The notes beneath the pieces were generated by a model. The model did no database searches. It was not told the origin of the DNA and saw only the letters and a list, made by a program, of their open reading frames with translations. The position numbers were made by a program, and so were the translations under genes. From an uncultured Gemmatimonadaceae bacterium (GTDB taxonomy: Bacteria > Gemmatimonadota > Gemmatimonadetes > Gemmatimonadales > Gemmatimonadaceae), in NCBI GenBank assembly GCA_963716745.1, contig OY970320.1, positions 1,856,001 through 1,920,000 on the forward strand: DNA of 64,000 nucleotides, written 5' to 3'. This document shows positions 31,164 through 40,753 of this stretch, in pieces (the stretch's first letter is position 1; every line of letters starts with the position of its first letter).

Positions 31164-31772
31164 TCAGTCGTTCGCGCGGTAGCGCTCGAGCTCCTTCACG
31201 ACCGCGTCGAGTTCCACCATGATCGGAGCGTGGAATCCAGCTGCACGCAGCCGGCGCGCGACTTCGCCATACCAATCGAGCGTGCCGGTCCGTCCCGCGG
31301 CAAAACGGCTCCATATCGATTCGGGGAATTCCGTGCGCCGCAGGTTCGCCAATAGAGTGCTCGCCATGTGGACGCTCACGGCGGCGATCACCCAGTGGCC
31401 GCGCGGGGAGGCCGACGCGAGCCGGTCGAGCTGGTCCTGCTTGCGTTCCGGCGGCGAAAGTTCTACTCCATCATCATCGCTGCGCCGCTCGACGATGCTC
31501 AGCGCGACGGTCTGCACCCCAGTGCCGAACTTCTCGGCGATGCGACTGCTCAGCATCTCCGGTGTGTAGCCATCGCGAACGAAGTCCTCGACCGCGTCGA
31601 CGACGATCGCCGAAACGATCGTCTCGTCATCCTGGCCGTAACGGGCTAGAATGAGTGCAACATTCGGCGCTGATATAAGGTAGGGGAGGCGCGTGCCCTT
31701 TCGCGTCTCTTGGTCGTGATGCTTCGTCGCGAAGGCGAAGGCGTGGTTGATGGAATCGGAGTAGCCAAGCAT
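31164..31772 (-). CDS. HD_4 / RelA-SpoT hydrolase-like (small alarmone hydrolase fold) protein with degenerate active site
   Basis: AFAFATKHHDQETRKG..LPY...VALIL...VVDAVED...KFG..V..V...E; HD dyad reads VD. Confidence 0.7.
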   Translation of the reverse strand: MLGYSDSINHAFAFATKHHDQETRKGTRLPYLISAPNVALILARYGQDDETIVSAIVVDAVEDFVRDGYTPEMLSSRIAEKFGTGVQTVALSIVERRSDDDGVELSPPERKQDQLDRLASASPRGHWVIAAVSVHMASTLLANLRRTEFPESIWSRFAAGRTGTLDWYGEVARRLRAAGFHAPIMVELDAVVKELERYRAND

Positions 31773-32210
31773 TGTCGCGACAACTTAACGCGGGCCGCGC
31801 CCCAAGGGGACGAGCGACCTCGAGCGGTGAGTGATATGTATTGTAAGCGGGTTTTGCACTTTAGTTGCGATGTGACGTAAAACTATAGCGCATTCTAATG
31901 GGGTTCCGCAGGTTGCGATGGTGGGCTGGATGCCTATATCCAGGTGTCGCTGGAACAGCTATAACAGACAGTTGATCGAAGATACGCTCAAGCTTGGATA
32001 TTCAACCAGATTGGTGAGAATATGCAACATAATTTGGCATATTTTCGTCGCCTGCTGATTAATTCTTGCATGATTGGAACAAAAAGTAGCAGTTTCGCCG
32101 TTGCCGGGAATTGGCGCACGGTTCGTGCATTACAGCACTCCGCCCGGGGGCCACTCGGGCGAGGTTCGCTGTCCCAGGCAGCCGCTTCTCGAAGGGTTAT
32201 TGGAGATGCC

Positions 32211-32796
32211 ATGACGCGATCGAGCGATTCACCGAAGCGTGCCGGGTTCACCCTGATCGAGCTGATGATCGTCATCACGATGCTCAGCATTCTGCTCGGC
32301 ATCGCGGTGTGGAAGGTGGACGTCGCGCGGTATCAGATCAACGGAGACCAACAGGTCGTCGGCACCGCGTTCATTTCCGCGCAGCGCCAGGCGATCGCCA
32401 AGCAATACAACGTCATCGTCGTGTTCGATGATGTGAACAACACTCTGCGTATCATCGAAGACGCCAACAACAATGGTCAGCTGGATGGCGCAGAGCATGT
32501 GCGAACGATCCCGTTGGGGGATCGGGTACGGTATGGGATCGGGTCTGCCAGCCCCCTCGCGTGGGGTGCGAGCCCGATCAGCTTCACGCAGACGGAGGGC
32601 TCCACCGGCAAACTGGCGGTGACCTTCTTCCGGAACGGCAGCGCGAGTGAATCACGGGGCATTTATCTCGCCTCCACTCGCGCCCTGGTCGATCCGGCGT
32701 TCGTGCAGAGATGTGCGCGCCATCCACGTCGAGCGGGCCACGGGCCGCGCGGAGTGGTGGCATTACGATGGTTCCACTTGGATCCGAGGCTTCTGA
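32211..32796 (+). CDS. FimT/GspH-like minor pilin; apparent indel ~32708
   Basis: KRAG/FTLIELMIVI prepilin motif; C-terminus DVRAIHVERATGRAEWW...GF* in a shifted frame. Confidence 0.8.
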
Positions 32797-33214
32797 TGCG
32801 CCTGACTGCTTCCCGCCGCGGGTTCTCGCTCGCCGAGATCATGGTCGCGCTGGTCATTCTGAGCGTGATCGTGATGGGGCTCGCGAGCACGACGATCACG
32901 TTCATGCATGAGACCACGGTGGACTACAGCCGGGTGCGTGCATCGACGTCGGCCGATACGCGGATCGCCGAGATCCGCGGCTGGCCCGACTACACCGCCA
33001 TCTCCGACTTTTGCCGGCGTGCAGGCGAACTATCCGGAACCGGGCTGGACGCGCACGACTACGGTGGTCGCGCGATACCTCGGTCACGACCGGCTGCGGC
33101 TTTCCGACGTTCCCGGCATGCCCGAACAACGATATCACTCACGTGACGGTCACCGTCACCTCGCCGACGTTGTCGGCGCCGGTGAGCCGGTCGATCTCCA
33201 TCGCTGCGTTCTGA
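32796..33214 (+). CDS. PilV-like minor pilin; apparent indels ~33012 and ~33070
   Basis: RRG/FSLAEIMVALVIL; C-terminal DITHVTVTVTSP. Confidence 0.75.
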
Positions 33215-33225
33215 GGCTGACTCCT

Positions 33226-34378
33226 ATGCGCAACCGCCGTGCGATGTCGCTGCTCGAGCTGCTCATCGCGATCGTGATCATGGGTGTCGTGATGGGCGCG
33301 GCCATGAACTTCTTCATCGGCCAGTCCAAGTCGTTCCGCCGCGGCGCGAGTGATGTGACGCTGCTGCAGAATCTTCGCTTCGGCGCCGACTTGCTGAACC
33401 AGCACTTCCGTTCCGTGGGCGCGAACACGATCGCTGGCCAACCACCGGTCATCTACGCCGACGCGAATTCGTTCTCGTTCAACGCCGATTACGCGACCAA
33501 CACGCCGGGCGATCACAACGCCATCTACTATACGCCGAACGCACCGGCCTCCGAGGTCGATGCCATCACGGCAGGCAATCAGATCACGGTGCCGGGCGGC
33601 AGTTCGCTCGTGTACCCGACGTTCGACTATAAGATCGATTCCGTGATCATGAGTCCCGCCGAGATGATCACCTTCTGGTTCGCGCCTGACACCGAGACCG
33701 CGCGCACCGATGATTACGTGCTTTTCCGCCAGGTGAACAATTCGCCGCCGGAAGCCGTGGTCCGCAACATCCTCCAGGATACGGTGCCGTTCTTCCAGTA
33801 CATGTACCTGAAGGATTCCGCGAACCTCAAGAGCATCGACACCGTGAAGTCCGGTTCGCTGCCGTTCGAGTTCGATTTCACGTCCGACACCATCAAGACT
33901 CGGCTCATCACCAATCTGCGCGCCGTGATCGTGAGCTATATCGTCACGAACGGGCTCACCGGGCCCGACGGAGCGCACGCGTCCGATGTCGTTGATCGCG
34001 CCATTCCCGAACATGGATGACCGGCAGCTGGAGACGTGCGGTAATGACCCGGTCGCGATGTCGGCTCCGACGATCTCCACGTCGGACAGTCTCTCGGTGA
34101 GTGTCACGTGGACCGCCGATGGCGATGAGGCCTCGGGCGAGCGCGACATCATGAACTATCTGCTGTGGCGCCGGCGCGTCGGTGACTCGACGTGGGGTGC
34201 GCCATTCATATCGATCCCCGCCGGCAGCCCGCCGACCTACAACTTCCTCGATTCGTCGGTGCCCCAGGATACGGTCGATGTGAACTGGGAGTATGCTGTA
34301 GCCGCGCAGGACTGCACGCCGGCGTATTCGGATGCCGTCAAGACCGCTGGTACTGTCGTGATCAAGGCCGCCCCATGA
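33226..34378 (+). CDS. PilW-like minor pilin with C-terminal beta-sandwich extension; apparent indel ~33965
   Basis: RRA/MSLLELLIAIVIMG; QNLRFGADLL..FRSVG. Confidence 0.75.
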
Positions 34379-34419
34379 AGAAGACCACGTCGCAGAACAC
34401 GTCCTCGGAGGTACGACCC

Positions 34420-36432
34420 ATGAAGAAAGCGCGCACCACGACCAAGCGTCGCGGCGCCGCGTTGATGGCGGTGCTGCTGGTGATGCTGGCCGTCATGGCC
34501 ATCATCGTCGTCGCATCGACCACCACGCTGAACGCCCGGTTGATCGCCAAGAACAGCGAGCGATCCGTCGTGCTCTACGATGCCGCCGAAGCGGCCGTCG
34601 AGGAGATCCGCAACCTGGTCAATACGCACCCGGGTGACAGCACCTTCTTCCAGGACAGCGGCGAAGTGCAGCTCGAGACGCACGTCCCGGTGAAGGACGC
34701 GAGCGGCACGATCATCCCGCACGTGTATCGCACCACCTGGGCAGGCCCGAGCTTCAGCACCACGGGCGAGTTCGGGATCTTCGGAACGGTCATCGCCAAG
34801 GTCGAGGATGACTACGGCAACGTCGTCTATCACCGCGGCACGATCTTCCAGGACACCTTCGCGAAGTACGCCTACTTCTCCAACAGCGAAGGCGGCATCT
34901 TCTTCGGCGGCGGCGACCAGATCTTCGGCCCCGTCCATTCGAACGACTTCATCAGCATCGCCGCGTCGGGCGCCGAGTTCCACGACAAGGTGACGACGGC
35001 CAAGACGATCGTGAACAAGCCGAACGGCATCTTCGACAAGGGTGTCACGCAGAAGGTGCCGGTGATCAAGATGCCGTCCACCACGCTGCTCACCCAGCTC
35101 AAGGGTCTGGCGACGGTGGGCAGCACATCGATCCTCGGCGACAATGTCGGCGGCGCAGGGCGAGGCGACGACCCGCATCGAGTTCATCGCGCTCGACCTC
35201 AATCAGGATGGCGACTCGAGCGACGATGATGAAGGCTTCATGCGCGTCTGGCAGGCGGACGCGCCCTCGACCGCGTGCGAAGGCGCAGTATGCGGTCGCC
35301 GCGAACACGGGGCCCGTGAATGCTGCGGGCGTGGTGACTGGAGCGACGCGCGCGAATACAACTGTGGTGCGGAAGTTCAGCGCCAGCAACACCTTCGAGA
35401 CCGTCAGCCAGGCGCCGACCTTGGCGCAGCGTCGCGCCCTCTTCAACAAGTTCCCCGGTCGCGGCCAGTGCTATCTGGGCGGCGATCCGATGCTGAATAC
35501 GGCCGGCAACCAGATGGGCGTGTTCATGCCGAATTCAGTTCACCTTCAAGCGGGCGTGGGTGAAATCGCCTATGGCGATCGATCCGCGTCTTGGGACCGC
35601 CGGCCTAAATCGCAAGGACAGCGCGTACCTCTGGCCGCTGAGCCACACGCTCAATCCGAACTTCAAGGGCGTGATCTTCGTGGACGGCAAGGTCGCGATC
35701 AGCGGCAAGGTGCGCGGCCGGTTCACGCTCGCGTCGCCGTACGATATCGTCATCGCCGACGACGTCACGCTGCAGGACAACGCCGCCAGCGATTGTGCCG
35801 ACTACCTCGGCCTCTTCTCGGGCGCGAACGTCGTGATGGCGGACAATCTGCTCAACTCGCCGCAAATGCTCGGGTCGGCTCCCGACTCGGTCATGCACTT
35901 GTCGTCGACCCAGGATGAGATCGTGCAAGCGACGATTCTCGCGCTCGGCGGCTTCGTCGTCGAGAACTACAGCTCCGGCGTGGCGCAGGGAGAATCCTGC
36001 GGCGCCGACTCGGCCGGTCGTGGATGCCTCTTCCTCACCGGCGGCATCATTCAGGGAACGCGCGGTTCGGTGGGCACTCTGAACGCCGGCCAGACCCAGG
36101 GCGTGTACGGCTACATCAAGCGGTACGCGTTCAACGTGTGCGGACTCACTTTCCCGCCGCCGTATTTCCCGACGACGGGCCGGTTCACTGCGAACCGTAC
36201 GTACGAGATGGATCCGGTGAACGCCGACATCCACCCGTACTACAAGATCCCGAAGCCGGTGTCGCTCGTGGCGCTGTACAAGAAGCCGCCACCGCCGCCG
36301 CCGGCTCCGCCGGGGCCGCCGCCTAAGCCAGCTCCACCGCCGCCGCCTCCGGTGCCGAAGCCGCCACCGCCGCCGCCGCTGCCGAAGCCGCCACCGCCGC
36401 CACCGCCGCCGCCGCCGCTTCCGAAGATCTAG
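34420..36432 (+). CDS. Large PilX/GspK-like pilin with polyproline C-terminus; about three apparent indels (35150-35570)
   Basis: KRRG/AALMAVLLV (no Glu+5, typical of the PilX class), AAEAAVEE, FAKYAYFSN, GPVHSND; GGAGGT RBS. Confidence 0.75.
36284..36424 (+). repeat. CCG/CCA-rich low-complexity tract encoding polyproline
   Basis: PPPPPPAPPGPPPKPAPPPPPPVPKPPPPPPLPKPPPPPPPPPPLP. Confidence 0.9.
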
Positions 36433-36448
36433 AGCGGAAGGCTGCATG

Positions 36449-36490
36449 AAAAGAAAGAGCCCGGGTGCGAAACTGCACCCGGGCTCTTTT
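36449..36490. terminator. Bidirectional intrinsic terminator
   Basis: 15-bp stem aaagagcccgggtgc-gaaact-gcacccgggctcttt between convergent genes. Confidence 0.88.
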
Positions 36491-36507
36491 CATTGCGACC
36501 TGTGCGA

Positions 36508-37008
36508 CTACTGGACCGTGATCGTTCCCTTCATGCCGAGCGCGAGATGCGGGAAGCAATGGAATGCATACGTGCCGGGGGGAATGTTGGCGAAGGAGAC
36601 CGTGTACGTCTCGTTCGGCTGGATCAGGAGCGGTCCCTCGAGCGCGCCCATGCTGTGATCGCCCGGCATGTTCGCCGCGAGCGCGGTCTGAACGTTCGCG
36701 GGGATCGTCGTGGCGTCGAAGCCGACGTTGTGCGGGCCGCCGCTCACGTTGTGGAAGCGGATCGCGTCGCCGGCCTTCACGGTGATCGTGTTGGGGACGA
36801 AGTGATACGTGGTGCCGTCCATCTGCATGTTGACGTCGACCGTCTTGCCGGTCACCGGCGCGGGCGCCGAGGCCGGCGCAGCTGCAGGGGCGGCCGCGGG
36901 TGCGGCGGCCGGAACAGTGCTGTCAGACTTCGCAGCGCTCTTATCCGAACCGGCGCAGGCGCCGATCGCGAACACAGTCGCGATGAGTGCGAGGCTGTTC
37001 AACTTCAT
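36508..37008 (-). CDS. Plastocyanin/auracyanin-like blue (type 1) copper lipoprotein
   Basis: IGAC lipobox, Ala/Pro linker, PHNV and CFPHLALGM (His, Cys-x2-His-x4-Met) ligands. Confidence 0.9.
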   Translation of the reverse strand: MKLNSLALIATVFAIGACAGSDKSAAKSDSTVPAAAPAAAPAAAPASAPAPVTGKTVDVNMQMDGTTYHFVPNTITVKAGDAIRFHNVSGGPHNVGFDATTIPANVQTALAANMPGDHSMGALEGPLLIQPNETYTVSFANIPPGTYAFHCFPHLALGMKGTITVQ

Positions 37009-37071
37009 TGCGTGGATTCTCCAGGATGGAGTGCGGGATTGACGCATTCTTCCGCGGTCGGCCGCGGAATT

Positions 37072-37087
37072 TGTGAACCTATTCACA
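37072..37087. promoter_or_regulatory. CRP-type binding site
   Basis: Perfect TGTGA-ACCTAT-TCACA in the divergent intergenic region. Confidence 0.7.
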
Positions 37088-37316
37088 TGGTGCGACAAAG
37101 ACAATCGCGCGAGAGTCGAGAGCGCGTGGTACGACCCCGTGGAGATCTCGCCGTGCTCACTAACTTCGGTCGTCGCGTCACCCTCAAGGTCCAGAGTCAC
37201 TCGCCTCATAAACTATATTACAACTGTATTTACTGTTTTTATTGTATTTTCACCTGCTTCTCACTATACTATCCGAGTCACCCAGACTCACGGCCACCTC
37301 AGCCAACGAGATAAGT

Positions 37317-37986
37317 CTGTCGATTCCCAGCTGGTTGCAGCGCTCTCTCGGAACCACCCGCACGACGATCCTCTCGGAACTGCAGCGCGAGCCGATGACG
37401 GTCGAGCAGCTCGCGCGCATTCTCGCGATCGCGCCGAGCGCTGTGCGAACTCACCTCGCGCTCCTCGAGCGCGACGGCATTCATCGAACGGCTCACGGTC
37501 CACCGCGCTTCACCCGGCAAGCCAGCACACGCGTATCGGATCGCGGAATCCGCCAGCGTCTTCCTCTCGAGTGCCTACGCACCGGTGGCGCTGCATCTGC
37601 TCGAAGCGCTCCAGGAGAAACTCCCTTCGCACGAGATCTCCGGCATGCTCCGCAGCGCGGGGCGCCGTCTCGCTTTCCGCCACCGCACGAACAGTGTGCG
37701 TTTACGCGCACGCGTCGCCGATGCCGCCGCCGCACTCACACAGCTCGGCGGCGCCGCGCGGATCGCCGAACAGCCGGGAGCCTATGTACTCACGAGTGAG
37801 GGTTGCCCGCTCGCGGCGCTCACTGGCGATCACCTCGCCGCATGCGGCATTCTCGAAGCGTTCGTCGGCGAGATCGTCGCGGCGCCGGTGCGGCATCGTT
37901 GCGCGCACGGTGATCGCGCGCGATGCATCTTCGAGATCGCGAGCGAGCACGCCGCACCCGACGCCAGCGGACACTCCGGCGAATGA
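37317..37986 (+). CDS. ArsR-like HTH regulator with Cys-rich C-terminal domain (COG2345/SufR-like); indel(s) ~37480-37520; start uncertain
   Basis: TRTTIL..L...PMTVEQLA..L.IAPSAVRTHLALLERDG; GCPL...C...C...C at the C-terminus. Confidence 0.75.
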
Positions 37987-38687
37987 TCGTCATCCCTGCG
38001 CTCGACCTGCGGGCCGGCGCCTGCACCCAAGCATCGACGCTGCCGCTCGCCGCCGAGATCCGGTCAGACGACCCGATCGACGCCGCACATGTGTGGCAGC
38101 GACATGGATTCCATCGAATCCACGTGATGGATCTCGATAGCCCGGAATCGCACAACGGACGAAAGGAGATCGTGCGGGAGCTTCTCGCCGAGGTGCCGCT
38201 GGTGACACAGGTCGGGGGCGGTGTGAACAGCGGGGACCAGGTCGAGCAGCTCCTCGCCAACGGTGCGGCGTTCGTGATCCTGGGTGGGCGGGCGCTCACC
38301 GATCCCGATTGGCTCGCGGGGACCGCCGCGACTTTTCCGGATCGGCTCATCCTCGCGACGCGCGTGAGCGGGCGTTACATCGACGCCGGGGAGCGCCGCG
38401 CGGGTCAGACGGTGCTGGATCTTGCGGATGAGATCGGCGACTTGCCGCTCGCCGGCCTGTTGCTGGCGCCGGAGTTCCGGGGCGACCGCATCACGCACGA
38501 CGATCTCTTCCTGCTCGACGACCTCGCCGTGGCCTCCCACCACCCGATCCTGCTCGCCGGCGGCGTACGATCCCTCCAGGACCTTCGGGCCATGCAGGAG
38601 CGGCACGTCTCGGGCGTGATCGTCGGCCGCGCGTTGTACTCTGGAGCCCTGGATGCGCGTCTCGTAGCAGAGGAGTTCGGCGACTGA
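37983..38687 (+). CDS. HisA/HisF-family TIM-barrel protein, divergent HisA-like
   Basis: MIVIPALDLRAG, IHVMDLD, QVGGGV, LAGGVRS..DL, VIVGRALYSG. Confidence 0.8.
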   Translation: MIVIPALDLRAGACTQASTLPLAAEIRSDDPIDAAHVWQRHGFHRIHVMDLDSPESHNGRKEIVRELLAEVPLVTQVGGGVNSGDQVEQLLANGAAFVILGGRALTDPDWLAGTAATFPDRLILATRVSGRYIDAGERRAGQTVLDLADEIGDLPLAGLLLAPEFRGDRITHDDLFLLDDLAVASHHPILLAGGVRSLQDLRAMQERHVSGVIVGRALYSGALDARLVAEEFGD

Positions 38688-38732
38688 TGGCCTGTGCATT
38701 GCGCCTGCTCCGTCCCATCATTCAGCACCACT

Positions 38733-39422
38733 ATGCTTGACCTCTCGGGCCTCGATTTCGACAAGAACGGCGGCGTCGTCACGGTCGTGACGCAGGACGC
38801 GGCCAGCGGCATGGTGCTCATGGTCGCGCAGCTCGACCGCGAGGCCCTGCAACGCACGCTCTCGACCGGCGAAATGCATTATTTCTCCGAGGCGCGCGGC
38901 GCGTGGCACAAGGGGACGAGCAACGGCAACACGCAACGGGTGGTCTCGCTCGCGGCCGACTGTGATGGCGATGTCCTGCTCGCCCGCGTCGTCCCCAAGG
39001 GGCCCGCCTGTCATACCGGCTCGCTCTCCTGCTTCGTAGGCCCGGAAGGGATGAGCGACGCGCTCTCGGCGCTCGATGCCAGCATCGCCGGGCGCGCCGC
39101 GAACGCCGAGGTCGACCGCTTCGACGCCGCCGCAACGACCGCGTTGCCGGAGAGCTATACCGAGCAGCTGCTCGAGGACCGCAACCTTCGGCTGCGCAAG
39201 CTCGGCGAGGAAGCGCGCGAACTCATCTCCGCGTGCGCCGACGGCGATCTTCCGCGGGCCACCGAAGAAGTCGCCGACCTCTTGTACCACGCACTCGTCG
39301 CGCTCCGCGCCGCCGGTGGGTCGCTGTCCGACGTGCAGCGAGTCCTGGCGAGACGAGCGACTCCCGCGGTCGCGGCGCGGCCCATCAAACGCGAACCGTC
39401 GATCAAGGATCGCAAGAAGTGA
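38733..39422 (+). CDS. hisIE: Bifunctional phosphoribosyl-AMP cyclohydrolase / phosphoribosyl-ATP pyrophosphatase
   Basis: VLMVA, WHKG..GN.Q, DCDGD, PACHTG..SCF, SYT..L, KLGEEA.E, EVADLLYH. Confidence 0.9.
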   Translation: MLDLSGLDFDKNGGVVTVVTQDAASGMVLMVAQLDREALQRTLSTGEMHYFSEARGAWHKGTSNGNTQRVVSLAADCDGDVLLARVVPKGPACHTGSLSCFVGPEGMSDALSALDASIAGRAANAEVDRFDAAATTALPESYTEQLLEDRNLRLRKLGEEARELISACADGDLPRATEEVADLLYHALVALRAAGGSLSDVQRVLARRATPAVAARPIKREPSIKDRKK

Positions 39423-40342
39423 CCGGCCTCGCGGCGCGACTCGACCCACGGCGCCTGCGCCACCAAGAGTCGCTCGCACCGTACACGACGTTTCGTATCG
39501 GTGGACCCGCCGACCTCTTCTACGAAGCGACCACCGCCGATGATCTCGCGTCGGCGGTGGTCGCGGCGCGGGAGACCGGAATGCCCTATTTCGTTCTCGG
39601 GCTCGGCGCGAACATCCTCGTCGGCGATCGTGGTTTCCGCGGACTGGTCATCCGCAATGCTGCCGCCGCGATCCAGTGGAAGCCCGACGGACGCGTCATC
39701 GCCGAAAGTGGCGCGATCATGCGCGACCTGATCCTCGGTGCCGTGGAACGCGGATGGTCGGGGCTCGAACACTTCGTGGGGATCCCCAGCACCGTGGGCG
39801 GCGCGATCTGGCAGAATCTGCATTTCCTGTCGCCGGCGCCCGAGCGTGGACGCACGGTGTTCATCGAAGAAGTGTTCGCCTCGTGCGACATCCTGAGCGC
39901 GGAAGGCGCGCGGCGCACGGTCGATAAGGAGTATGTGAAGTTCGGCTACGATGACAGCGTCTTCCATCACCGCGACGACATCGTGCTGCGCGCCGAGTTC
40001 GCGCTCGAACGCGGTGATCCCGCGATCATGCATCGCGTGCTCCAGGAGAACCTGGCGTGGCGCGGCGCGCGGCATCCGTGGCTCGATTGGCATCCGAGCG
40101 CGGGCTCCATCTTCAAGAAGATCGATGGCGCCGGCGCCGGCCGGCTCGTCGATCAGTGCGGACTGAAAGGACGCCGGGTCGGGGATGCGCAGATCTCGCA
40201 TCTGCATGCGAACATCATCGTGAACCTTGGCCATGCCACCGCGCGCGACGTGCGCGAGTTGATCGGCATCGCACAGGAGGCCGTGCGAGCGCGGTTCGCG
40301 CTCGAGCTCACGCCGGAGATAAAATTCGTGGGAGAATTCTGA
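39419..40342 (+). CDS. murB: UDP-N-acetylenolpyruvoylglucosamine reductase
   Basis: LAPYTTFRIGGPAD, GANILV.D.G, GIPSTVGGA, PSAGSIFK, HANIIVN. Confidence 0.92.
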   Translation: MTGLAARLDPRRLRHQESLAPYTTFRIGGPADLFYEATTADDLASAVVAARETGMPYFVLGLGANILVGDRGFRGLVIRNAAAAIQWKPDGRVIAESGAIMRDLILGAVERGWSGLEHFVGIPSTVGGAIWQNLHFLSPAPERGRTVFIEEVFASCDILSAEGARRTVDKEYVKFGYDDSVFHHRDDIVLRAEFALERGDPAIMHRVLQENLAWRGARHPWLDWHPSAGSIFKKIDGAGAGRLVDQCGLKGRRVGDAQISHLHANIIVNLGHATARDVRELIGIAQEAVRARFALELTPEIKFVGEF

Positions 40343-40352
40343 ACCTCGCCAC

Positions 40353-40703
40353 TCAGCGCGCGTCCACCCAGCGCTGCCACTCCTCCTCTGCGAGCCCGAT
40401 GGTGACGCGCTGCTGCTGCCTCACAAGCGGGAGTTTGAGCAGACCCGGCTCTTCGGCGAGCAGTTCCAACCAATGATCGTCCGAATAGCGGGAATGCTGC
40501 AAGCCGAGATCCTGATACCGGCGCGCCTCTTTGTCGATCATCGCCGTCAGGCCGAATTTCTGCGCGAATCGCCGCAGTTCGCCCAGCGCTGCCGCGCGCT
40601 TGTTCAGATCAACATAGTGAGTCTTCACCCGGCGCTCGGCGAAGAACCGGAGTGCTTTGCGAGTATCGGCGCTCTTGTTCACGCCGAAGATCTGGACTTC
40701 CAT
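40353..40703 (-). CDS. ArsC/Spx/MgsR-family protein
   Basis: IFG..KSADTRKALRFF.ER...PGLLKLPLVR; no N-terminal Cys. Confidence 0.8.
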   Translation of the reverse strand: MEVQIFGVNKSADTRKALRFFAERRVKTHYVDLNKRAAALGELRRFAQKFGLTAMIDKEARRYQDLGLQHSRYSDDHWLELLAEEPGLLKLPLVRQQQRVTIGLAEEEWQRWVDAR

Positions 40704-40753
40704 CCCATGACGCTATCGCCACGGCAACAAAGCGGAAAGTGCCGGAGGGCGGC

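Noticed and set aside
32112..32129. Sigma54 promoter for the minor-pilin operon (tggcgcacggttcgtgca)
   Set aside because: GG-to-GC spacing is 2 nt too long as written; it would fit only if a dinucleotide were a sequencing insertion
31773..32210. Low-GC intergenic region as an island boundary, tRNA or ncRNA
   Set aside because: No tRNA cloverleaf, att-like repeat, integrase or stable structure recognised; consistent with divergent promoter DNA
32022..33146. Apparent double-pilin fusion ORF
   Set aside because: Created by an indel near 32708; a TGATG stop/start overlap at 32794-32798 separates two genes
36284..36424. Repeat tract as a CRISPR array or non-coding VNTR
   Set aside because: No repeat-spacer structure; variation falls at third codon positions of an in-frame proline tract
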